A stretch of DNA of 63,484 nucleotides, filler included, from Dugesia japonica (lineage: Eukaryota): assembly GCA_001938525.1 (NCBI GenBank). It is 6 parts of 6 records of this genome, joined end to end, with 100 filler letters (N's around TTAATTAATTAA, not from the genome) between each part and the next. Parts side by side here need not be neighbours in the genome. Positions count along the whole stretch, not along the records: positions 36,113 to 44,870 come from MQRL01637014.1; positions 44,971 to 55,319 come from MQRL01548782.1; 4 more parts are not named here. One strand, 5' to 3'. The translations under genes and the position numbers were made by a program. Every line of letters begins with the position of its first letter. The first letter of the stretch is position 1. The notes under the pieces are model-generated. The model searched no databases. It saw only the letters and a program-made list of their open reading frames with translations, and was not told the origin of the DNA. Of this stretch, positions 37,309 through 48,524 are shown piece after piece.

Positions 37309-38666
37309 GTATTTCTATAAATTAATTAATAACTCTATATGTTTTATGATCTTCATTTTGTACATCAGCTTATTATAGATCAAGTATTTGATATAAATAT
37401 CTTGCGATTATCATTTCGATTTATTAAATATTTTTTTGTTATATTTTCAAAATCGATTTTAAGTTTTATTAAAATAATCTTGTGGAAAGGAGAAATTTTA
37501 TAATTATTTTATCAATAATTATAACACTTCATTAAAAATTAATTTTCTTCTGTTGGAAGTATTGCTTCTTAAATTAAATTAATTTACAAGTCGCTTTTTA
37601 AGATCCAAAATAAATATTAATAAAAATAACAAATATTCAAACATATTTTTAATTGGGTTACATGACACTTGATACCCTGACATTTGATCACGATAATTGA
37701 TCCTTCGGGCAGTTGATCTCCTGAATTTTATTATAATAGAATACGATTGACAATTGAATATTTTTAATAAATAATTAGAAATATTTATTTTTAATTTTAA
37801 TAACAACGAAATTTAGCAGTAATAAATTTAAATGTTTATTTAACATAATGGAATATATCAATACATAAACATTTTTTTATTCGTAAGATAAATGCCAAAT
37901 TAATCGTAAATATATGTGCATATCTACGTTATTATAAGTAGCAATTATCTGTGAAAGCATTTCTTTCAGAATACGGTAATTTTTCCGTGATGGTATTACA
38001 ATATCTCAAGTTGGTTGCAACAATAACATTTTAATTTTAATTAATATTTAATTTTTTAAATAACTAGTATAAAATTTTCGTATCTTACTCCTTCTATATT
38101 AGAATTTTGTAACATAATTGAAATTATAAAAATGTTATTTAGTTTTTATTTTTGTAGGAAAATGGAAATATTTTAACTATGATTTTATCTAAACTTAAAC
38201 TTATGGATAGATTAAATTGATTTCACTTTGTTTTATCAATATTTAAGTTTTAAACACAAAGTAAATTTTATAAGTTGATAAGAATAATTAAGTGTTACAC
38301 TATTGTGAATAAACTTTGATTGTCGTTAGTTGCGAAATAATAATCTCATAATGTTTTATATCCATCGCTTATTTTAGTTCTTCCGTCACACGACACGTGA
38401 GTTTCCTGTAAATTTATTTAAAGCCATTCTTTTTTAAAAATAATTTTTAAATCACAATTTATTTTGTTAGAAAATGTTAATCTGTAACGTCTTTCTTTCT
38501 CATAACATTTTATTAAATAATAATATTGAATTATTTACTCCAAAAAATTTATTGTTCATTTCGGTGATGTTTTGTCATTAAAGGCGATTGTTTATTAGAA
38601 TATCGGGGTTGATATTTTATATGATATTATAAAGATTTTGATAATTAGTTTAGAATATTAATTTTA

Positions 38667-39440
38667 TTAGGTCTACAATTGAAAAGGTGCCTTTTTAGTA
38701 AATGACTCCAAAGTCACAATTCAACTGGGTTATGAGTAAATATTTAAATATAAATATTGTAAAATCTATATCTAAGTCATATTTGTTATAATAAGCCAAA
38801 AAACGCAGAAATTCAATGACATCCCAAAAATGCATATAAGACCTTATTTGGTATTTGACTTCCAATTACGGAAAGCAGCATATGAAGAAACGGACATTAT
38901 TTCTGCTCTAGGGGAAGGTGCAGTAAGTTACAAAACATTCAAAAGACTGTACAGAGGATTAAGAAGCTTGATAAACTGACCATTAACATTGGACTCAAAC
39001 AGCTGGAAATGATTCATAAAACTTGCAGGTTTTTTAGATGATACGAAACCAAAACTTTGCTGTGCATTTGGTGTAATTACATGAAAGTGATATACTATGA
39101 GTTGTATAAACCTAAGCGCAACAGTCACATCAGAAAGGTACAAATGGCAGTTGAACAGTGTGAGAGAGGTGCTCAAAAAAATTGGCCATTAATGGTGCTG
39201 AAACCTGGCCTGTCCTTCTTCTGCATGACAATGCCCGACTTCATACGTCAAAACCACCGTGGACTATATTTCCTTTTTGGATTGGACAGTTCCTTTCATG
39301 CAGCTTACTCATCTGATATGGCGCTATCGGATAGTTATTTATTCCCATTTTTCTAACATCACTTGGTTGAATCGTCATTCGAAACAATTGATTATGTTCA
39401 AAAATCTATCTCAAATCACATAGATTCAAAATCGACATCT
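38667..39440 (+). mobile_element. Decayed, internally deleted mariner in SIRT3 intron
   Basis: TA|TTAGGTCTACAATTGAAAAGGTGCC TIR; HIRPYLVFDFQ..ALGEGAVSYKT, LCIWCNYMKVIYYEL, LLHDNARLH, HAAYSSDMALSDSYLF. Confidence 0.8.
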
Positions 39441-40189
39441 TTTTTTCCAGACCAGAATTAAAATAAATTTATAATTAATTTATAATTTTTGAATTGTTTT
39501 TTACCAAAAATTCCCCACCCCAAATTAATTCAAATATTGGTCAAATATATTCAAATATTCCAACAATACAAATTATTATTGACTTTTTTATTTGTTTATT
39601 ATTAATATTATTATTTATTTATTATTAATTATTTATTNNNNNNNNNNNNNNNNNNNNNNNNNNNNNNNNNNNNNNNNNNNNNNNNNNTTTATTCCCATTT
39701 TTCTAACATCACTTGGTTGAATCGTCATTCGAAACAATTGATTATGTTCAAAAATCTATCTCAAATCACATAGATTCAAAATCGACATCTTTTTTTCCAG
39801 ACCAGAATTAAAATAAATTTATAATTAATTTATAATTTTTGAATTGTTTTTTACCAAAAATTCCCCACCCCAAATTAATTCAAATATTNNNNNNNNNNNN
39901 NNNNNNNNNNNNNCAATACAAATTATTATTGACTTTTTTATTTGTTTATTATTAATATTATTATTTATTTATTATTAATTATTTATTATTATTTATTTTT
40001 AATATTAATTATTATTTTAACAATGTAAAATTTAAAAAATTTTAATATATAGCTTAATTTAAAAAAATTTTATATGCAAGCGTTTCCAGGTGAGTCAGTG
40101 AGGGAATCGGGGGTTAATATTATAGATTTTATTAATTTTTTCAATAATAATATTAAAAATTGGTACCTTTTCAATTTCTAGATCTAGTA

Positions 40190-41320
40190 TTAGGTTGTTC
40201 GGAAAATAATTAGCTTTTTATGTTTAGCAATTGTGGATGATTTCATTGTATATAAAATAAGTACAAAGTGCATCATATTATACATCAAATTGAAGCTTAG
40301 ATGCTAATGATTCATATTACAAATTTATTTGTTTTACTGATTTAAATTTTAGCATATTTTGGTACAATTTTAAAAATGGTAACAAAACAGCAAACTTGAG
40401 CAATATATTTATACGAATTTAAGGTTGGAAATACTGCAGCAGATACACACAGAAATATATGCAGAGCTTTTGGAAAATGTTATGTAGCAGATTCATCTGT
40501 ACGTTGGTGATTTGCCGAATTCCGTCTTGGGAAATTTGATCTCAATGATGAAGAGGGTCGTGCACTCAACACTTCAGTGGACAACGATGACTTGAAGGAA
40601 ATTATTCAAACACACGTACTACAGTACGAAATTTATCAAAGCAATTAACAGTATCTATTTCAACTATTTCTGAACACCTAAAGCAGATTGGCAAGGTGAA
40701 AAAGTTAAATACATGGATACCGCATTTATTAAGTGAATATCAAAAACAAATGCGATATGATGTCTGCTCAAAACTGATTATTGATATCCGTTTGGTGGTG
40801 TCAGGCGGGGTTGGTTCATTATGAATTCCTAAAACCCGGTGAATCAATAACATCAGATATATACTGCAATCAATTGGAACGTATGCACCACAAATTAAAA
40901 GTTCTGCAATCAGCATTTGTCAATAGAAAAACTCCAATTTTGCTACATGACAACGCGAGGCCACGTGTAGCAAAAACAAACTCTGCAAAAGGTAAAGGAG
41001 CTTGGATATGAGATTCTTCCATATCCGACATACTCACTGGACTTATCTCTTACGGATTATCATTTATTTCTAGTGTTAGACCATTTCATCTCTGGAAAGG
41101 TCTTCAATAGTTACGACACCATAAAACAGGTATTTGAAGAATTCGTCGTCTCTCGTTAATATGATTTCTATGAACGTAGGATATCGAGTCTTCGATTGCG
41201 TTGGGAACAATGTATCCAAAGTAATGGAAATTATTTTAAAGGAATAAATGTGTTTAATTCAAGAATTTATTATTTTCATTTTTGTTCGTAATAATGCTAA
41301 TTATTTTCCGAACAACCTGA
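40190..41320 (+). mobile_element. Mariner transposon with both TIRs, non-functional transposase (cecropia/Hsmar1-like)
   Basis: TIR TTAGGTTGTTCGGAAAATAATTAGC at both ends with TA duplication. ATG at 40376; IYLYEFKVGNTAA, WIPHLL, SVWWCQAG, LLHDNARP, YSLDLSLTDYHLF. Stops, frameshifts and a deletion of the first catalytic Asp region. Confidence 0.95.
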
Positions 41321-42524
41321 TAATTACTTTTTTTCAATATTAGATTTTTGCATTTTATTAATACCGAAGGTATTGTAAAATAATATTAAAAAGATACGTA
41401 CTCACTGTCAGATTATGTCATCTGAAAATGTTTAGAATACTGATAAATACGTTTCGAGTTCATTTATTCGTGGCAATATCAGATAATTCTTTGAATCCTT
41501 TTCAAAAATAAAGATCGTTAGCAGAATCTCCGTAACTAATTTGTTTCTGGGTCATCTTTAATATTTAACATCATTAACTTTCAATTTTAATTTACCATAG
41601 TTATTGACTTTTGTTACATCTATGTCTGATTAAAGGTGATAACTATATAAAGGTTACCCATTATCAAAATAACTACTTCGTAATAATATGAAGAGCTTAT
41701 AAATAAGTACGTTTTGAATTAATGATAGAGAATTATAATTTATGTTTTAAATTGATTAATTCACCCTGCACATCACAAGGCTACTGGTGCTAATTTTCAT
41801 AAATAATTAATAATACAAATCAATAAATTATTTATAATATTTATTTTCCATTGCGACATGGTATAAAATTCTGGTTACCTTTTCAATTTTAAGTGGTCAG
41901 GATTATATTATTTTAATAAAATCAAGGTAATATCGATTGAAATCTTCTTGGCTGAATTTCAATGGTTATCAGCTATCAGCTATTAATTCTTGAAAATTAC
42001 TGTCTAAAAAACAGTTTTAGTTATTGATTTAAATCATTAATCATATTTGACAGATTTAATAGGTTCTTGTCATTCATATTAGACTGAAAATCACTGATGC
42101 TTATTTAGTTGATTTGTTTTTTAATACAATAGATAATTAAATGTGTGCTTTAATTTGTAACTAGTAAATTTTTGATTTTGTTTCTATATTTTCTTTTAAA
42201 AATGTTTTTTTTAATATTTTTATACAAATGTATAACAAAATATTATGGAGATTATGGGACTTTTAATAAAGGTAGTATTAATAAAAATATTTAATTTAGT
42301 TTTCTCGAGTTTCCGATTTGTTTGCAATTTATATAAAGTTTTGCTTCGATAATTCAGAAAAAATAGACCGTTCAAAGATTCGCCTTTGAAATAGTTTGAA
42401 AAGTATCATAAAATAAATTTTATTAAAATTTGTTTCCGTAACTTCTCTTTTTTATTTCACTTTATTAATGTTAGGTAAATCTTCAATTGGTAATTGGTTA
42501 TTCAAATCAGAACTAATATTTTTA

Positions 42525-42738
42525 TTTTANNNNNNNNNNNNNNNNNNNNNNNNNNNNNNNNNNNNNNNNNNNNNNNNNNNNNNNNNNNNNNNNNNNNNNN
42601 NNNNNNNNNNNNNNNNNNNNNNNNNNNNNNNNNNNNNNNNNNNNNNNNNNNNNNNNNNNNNNNNNNNNNNNNGAATTGTTATCCAATATCAATAATTAAA
42701 ACCTAAATTTTGATCAAAGCTTTTATATTAAATGAATT
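42525..42738 (+). mobile_element. Hammerhead retroposon subfamily B copy in SIRT3 intron, 5' part hidden in N gap
   Basis: 42673-42738 matches the reverse complement of 32252-32314, starting at the 3' strand of helix I (gaattg). Candidate 12-bp TSD ctaatattttta (42513-42524 and 42739-42750). Confidence 0.72.
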
Positions 42739-43042
42739 CTAATATTTTTAGACAATATTTATTTTTCTATATCAACTCTAAATTTAATAAGAAAAATGAT
42801 AATTGAATAGTAGCTTAAAAAACTTTTTTCCAGAATTAACTCAATTTCTATTGGTTCAAAATTATTAAATAATAATTATTTCCTCATAATTAATAAATAG
42901 TATTGTTTATAAATCAGTATTTCTTTAACATCTGCATTTAAATTTGAAAATTTATTGTTATGTCCTTTTGTTTATTGTGATGTTTATTGTTTATCATAAA
43001 ATTGTGTACCTTAAATTTTTGTGCATTATCTTTTGTCTACTG

Positions 43043-43432
43043 CAGTGTTTCTGAATTGGTGTGTCGTGAGAAATTTACAACTGTGTCGCGAAATTTTTAT
43101 AAAACGTTTAAAAATATTGAAAGTTTTGAATTCTGAAATTCTCTCTTGCAAATATATTTAATCTCATCTGAAAATACAATTATAATCACCAACGACAATG
43201 TATGCTTAGACTTTGGTCGCACATGGCAGCAAAATAGTTTAATTTAAATTCTTGATTTCGCGTGTGACGTTTTTTAGTAATTAAATTTGTTGTATTTTAT
43301 AAAATTTATTCAAGTGACCTTATATTTTGATGTTTCTTTAAAATTTATTTTAATTATTAAAAATATTTTGGTATGTTGCAAAAATTTTCAAATTTTTTGG
43401 TGTCTCGTAAATAGTTTAATCGAAAATAGTTT
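43043..43432. mobile_element. Degenerate hAT Charlie-type MITE
   Basis: CAGTGTTTCTGAATTGGTGTGTCGTGAGAAATTT start with repeated GTGTCGCG-like subterminal motifs; right end eroded. Confidence 0.5.
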
Positions 43433-43742
43433 AGAGTTTTTTGTATTAAACGGCAATATTTTTAATTATTAATACAATTAGAATTGTAATTATTAACGGA
43501 TATTACCAAACGGATATGCCCAATTCAAATAATATGACCATAAAATATGTAATTATTATTTGCTCCAACATATATTCATGTTTGAATAACTTATAAAAAT
43601 AGTATGTATGTGTCTGAACAAACTGATTAATTATCTATATTTTTATTTTTTTTAGTCATATCATTTAAATAGTATGACTCATATAATTCGGTAATATCCA
43701 TTATTGATTTCGTTAAAATTTATTATTTTAAAACGTATTAAG

Positions 43743-43863
43743 GTTGAACCTTTTGCCAGTATTGTGGATTCCACAAAATTTGGTACACCAAGAATTTTGC
43801 TCAATAGAGATGCTGTGGGAGTTTTTCGTTCTAAAAGGAGAGTCCATGATAATTGTATTCTAG
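43743..43863 (+). CDS. SIRT3: Sirtuin-3 internal exon (121 nt)
   Basis: taag|GTT..CTA G|gtaatt encodes VEPFASIVDSTKFGTPRILLNRDAVGVFRSKRRVHDNCIL(G). VEPFAS and AHGTFASA favour SIRT3 over SIRT2. Confidence 0.9.
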
Positions 43864-44870
43864 GTAATTTAATTTGGAAATTGATTGTTTATTATTTTTT
43901 ATATTAATCAATCACATGATTTTTTTGGAAGTAATTGGAGTCTATTATTTCATAGAGATATTTAAATGTTTACATTTGAATAAAATAAAATTAATATTAG
44001 ACATTTATCTAAGTTATATTTCCTTTGTCCTAAAATATGTTATACATTTACGAAAAAAATTATTTTTCTTTATAAATACATTTGTGCTGTAAATTATGTA
44101 TTTATAATTATTATAAATAAGGCAAATTTAGTTCAATTAAATAATGTTGAACTATTATATTAATTTTATTAACACAATACCACTAAATACAAATAATTTT
44201 AGTTGAAGTATGATCTAGCCTTGTTCATGGCTTCTTCTGAACATATGTAATTTTCAGCAATGAGAACCTCACGACGATGTTTATTTCCAACTTAATTGAT
44301 TTCATTAGTATTTTCTTTATCTCAGCTAAATTTGCAAAGTAAACTTTTTGTTTTCTTCGGCATTTTCTTTCTTTTTGGAAGAAATATCATCACACATTTT
44401 ACCTTCTCTGTATTGAACTTGTGTTGTGTGTAAATTTCTACAAAATTCTTCGGACAAACGACTTATTTGAAATTTAGCTAAAACTTTATTAATAGCATCA
44501 TGTTCTAATTTTTGTTTTTTATTCATCTATAATAGCTGTTTCAAAACACACGACGTTGTTATTTAGTTAATTACTTCGATTTAACATTTTTTTGTAAATC
44601 CATAGTATTTCTATTAAAATCTTCCATTTTAAAAATACAGCAGTAAATAGTTTATTTTCATTAAAAAAACAAATAATTGATCTTTAAAATCTGACTTAAC
44701 TAAGAAGTAATGGCGGTAAAATATTAGGTCTGATATTATGCAATGCTCCAAGAAGACATAAATGAGTATATATCAACTAACATGAGTGCATAATTAATAT
44801 AAGAGTAAAATATATTAATGGTTTTATCACTCTTGAAGAGCTCATAAGAGCTATGACTAAAGCGATAAAA

Positions 44871-44970
44871 NNNNNNNNNNNNNNNNNNNNNNNNNNNNNN
44901 NNNNNNNNNNNNNNTTAATTAATTAANNNNNNNNNNNNNNNNNNNNNNNNNNNNNNNNNNNNNNNNNNNN
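44871..44970. other. Artificial scaffold-joining spacer
   Basis: N44-TTAATTAATTAA-N44. Confidence 0.95.
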
Positions 44971-45220
44971 AGATTACCCATACCTTGCATAAATATATAG
45001 ACTGTCCATAACATGCATAAATTTCTTGTAATAATATCTTAAAAAAAACAAGACTGCCCATATCTTGTAATAATATCTTAAAAAATATCAAGACTGCCCA
45101 TATCTTGGAATAATATAATAATAATTTAATTATATTAAAAAGATTTCCCCACCATTCTATGCAAAATATAAATTTTTCGCATCCAAAATATCAAGACTGC
45201 CCTATCTCATACATAAATAT
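44971..45220. repeat. Degenerate tandem repeat (aagactgcccatatcttgtaataatatcttaaaaaa core)
   Basis: About six variants of agactgcccatatc with variable spacing near 30-60 bp. Confidence 0.75.
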
Positions 45221-46994
45221 AAAATCTTCTCACAAAAAAAANNNNNNNNNNNNNNNNNNNNNNNNNNNNNNNNNNNNNNNNNNNNNNNNNNNNNNNNNNN
45301 NNNNNNNNNNNNNNNNNNNNNNNNNNNNNNNNNNNAGTTTAATTATAAAAACAAAAAAGTCCATAATATTAAAACAAAAAAACAATTAAAAAAAAATTCC
45401 CTCCTAAAAAAAGGTTAAAAAAATGAAAAAAAAGATAAAAAAAGATAAAAATAAAGATTAAAAAATTGATCCGATCAAGAAAACTGATCAGATCAAAAAT
45501 CGATAATCAATAATCAATCAGATCAAAAATCGATAATCAATAATTATCGATTAAAAAAGCAGCTCAAGCGTAATGTGTTTCCGAGCCCCCACTCCCCGGG
45601 AGGGAGGGGGGTCCCGCGATAACTGCTTAAAAAATTGCCACAATGCGCCACTATCCACCTACTGATGCATTATAATCTGTATCTATTTATACCACCGTTG
45701 ACAGAAATCTCAAACAATGAGATATTATTGTACCGTTATAAGTTGGAGAAGAAGTTACAAGATGAGCTACATACATTAGTAGAAATTCAATTCCTTGATA
45801 ATTTGGTTGTCATGAGGAAAAATGAATATAAAAATAAGCTCAGTTACAATCTGAAAGAACTAGAAAATATGAGATTTTTAATGACAAATCTCGTAAAATT
45901 CTTCAATCTAAACCCATCAACAGTAGCAATCAAACTTTAAAAAGAAGAGAAGAAAATATTTAAAAAAAAGATTGAATGCAGTTCAGAAATACCTAAAATT
46001 GCCAAAGCAAACATTAAAATGCAAGCTCTATCTATTGCGTTGAGAAAACATTGACAAAATAAGATAAAGAAAAATAAAAATAAAGGTAATTCAATTTTAT
46101 TTAACAAAGGAAAATTAATAATTTTAGTTTAGACCCGATCTGTCAAGAGAACAACTCAAGGATTCACCAGGTCTTTTGGCTATCAAGACATTTAATTATA
46201 TTTTTGTTGTTATCTTTATGTAATTATGATTATAAAGACGTTTTAATATGTTATTTGATGTTATTTTTAATGTAAAAAATATTATTCAACAAAATTTTGT
46301 TATTTTTAATCATTCTTTATTTAAAAAAGAATAATGTTGATATTACTTTGATTAATTGTGTGATTTAATTGAATTACATCTGCAATATAGTTTATATCAA
46401 TATTTTCCATCATTTGTTCTATTACCAAATCTAAATTCATGGTAATAGAACATCAGATTTAATTTTGTTTATATTTTGCATGCTTATTGTATGCTCATGA
46501 GATGAATAGCGCATGCATAAAGCATGCACACAACATTTATATTAAATATTAATAACAAATTTAACAACAAATAGGATATAACACTAAATAAGGATTATTT
46601 TAAAATTAATTTAAATGAATCAAATTAGTTACTCAAATAGTTATTAACTTGATTATAATTTTACTTTGAATAAAATTTCTTCGAAGATTTAACTTATAAA
46701 TTTTTAAAAATATTTTAAAAGAATAAATTAATTGATTTGAAAGGCTAATAATAGGTTTAATTGAATAAACGTTTTATGAATGAAAAAATTTACATGTTCA
46801 AAATAGGTGATTTATTGGTTAATAAACACATTAGAAATATATTTTTAATGGATTTTACTATATTAAAGTGAACAATTAATCGGTTTATTCAGGTTATTAT
46901 TTGTAAAGTATATATTCAGTGTAAACTATAGAGTTGATTATTTTGAATAAACGATAAACATATTAAACTATTAACCGAATGATCAATAGGTAAA

Positions 46995-47118
46995 TGATCA
47001 TAGCGAGTATTCTGTATGTTAATATTTGATGATAGCGATTATTATATATGTTAATACTTGTTGGTAACGAGTATTATGTATGGTAAGACTTGATGATAGT
47101 GAGAGTTGTGTTTGTTAA
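46995..47118. repeat. 32-bp minisatellite, four degenerate units
   Basis: tgatgatagcgattattatatatgttaatact-like units at 32-bp period; the last unit supplies the TTAA used by the piggyBac. Confidence 0.8.
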
Positions 47119-48524
47119 CCCTACAGTGCATGATTCTTTTGTTTTTAAAAATATATATAATTTCTAGTGTAAAGATTTGTTCTAAATGGGGGAAAAATAA
47201 AAAAAATATATTGCAACCTTTATATTAAAACTATTCAAAAACACAGTTGATTCATATATGCATCAATATGCATTAAACACATATTTAATTCAACTTACAA
47301 TTATAAACTGTATTTTAATTTTCATGAAAATTCAAAAAAAAATTGAATTATATAGCAAATATGGCTCCTCCTCGCAAGTCAAAATTGAACAGAAAGAGTA
47401 CGATGACAGCCACTGCTGAAGCTGGTAAAGAAATAGTTGGTAATGAAGAGTTAGGTGAAACAAGACAAGATACTAAAGAAATAAAGAAAGCCAATAAACC
47501 ATCAAAACTGTATATAAACAATCAAAACAATTATAAACTGTATTTTAATTTTCATGAAAATTCAAAAAAAAATTCAAAAGGCTTTGTAATAATTTTTTGA
47601 ATGCTAAAACGTATGCTTTCTTCTACAATTTTGTCCATTAGTCGATCATCCAAAAAGTAATTGAAATATTGATATGGTGTTTTGAGAATTTTTATTTAAT
47701 CTGGTAAATATGAATTGCTAGTAAATTTAGTTGATTTATTTGATAAGTTTGCCATTTTTCGATGTATCAGCCATTGTAGTAGTTTCTTCATCAACTACGT
47801 TCTTTTTGGATATTTCAATGGGAAGCACGGTATATGTCAACTCAGAAATATTGTTTCGTTCCAAGTAATTTTCTAATAACTCTTTAGAAACAATAGTATT
47901 TTCTTCATCACTACCGAGACAAAATTCATAATCGCTGTCTTCGGGTATGCTTTCAATCAAATCAAATAAGGCATCGCTATCCAAATGTTCTAAATCCCCA
48001 ATCTCTGTTCCATTCTTATAAATAAAAGGCATCTAAAATAATAAAAAAATATGTATGATTAAAAAAAATCACAAGAGAAATAGTTTCTAATATATTTTAC
48101 TACGAAATCAACGATATATGTAAGTACATCAAAATGCATAGTGATTCATATATGAATCGAAATTTATTCATCATGTAAAAGTAACAAATACATCAAAAAT
48201 AAAAAACTAACATCATAAAATAGTAGAATAGGGTATAATGAAGGCCATAAAAATATATATCGCTTACCTTCTAATTGATAAACAAATTATGTCTCGGCAA
48301 AGTTGTCAAATTTCACGAAACGTCCGCCACTCGTCCACACGTTCGATGAAATGACAAATACTGGGAGAATTTCTTAGGTTATCTGTTGTCTATGGTATAC
48401 CGTTATGTTGTTGGATGATTCATATTAGCATTGTCATGCATTTACGACACCAAAATGCTTTAAATACAAAGCTAGCTTTAAAATAAGAAGGTGATGCCTA
48501 AATGAATCACCATGCACTGTAGGG
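47119..48524 (-). mobile_element. Internally deleted piggyBac transposon
   Basis: Perfect 14-bp TIRs CCCTACAGTGCATG / CATGCACTGTAGGG with TTAA on the left (right flank altered). Acidic N-terminal ORF 47736-48032, then KTPYQYFNYFLDDRLMDKIVEESIRF. Confidence 0.88.

Noticed and set aside
44830-44856. cttgaagagctcataagagc as a second hammerhead family
   Set aside because: A helix II-like stem exists, but GAAA and the cleavage site are absent.
46807-46871. Candidate last SIRT3 exon (aaatag|GT GAT TTA TTG, GDLLVNKH..)
   Set aside because: Lies beyond an artificial spacer and lacks the expected L..LLGW motif.
44971-47118. Regularly spaced 32-40 bp repeats as a CRISPR array
   Set aside because: No unique spacers, no cas genes, eukaryotic context; these are minisatellites.
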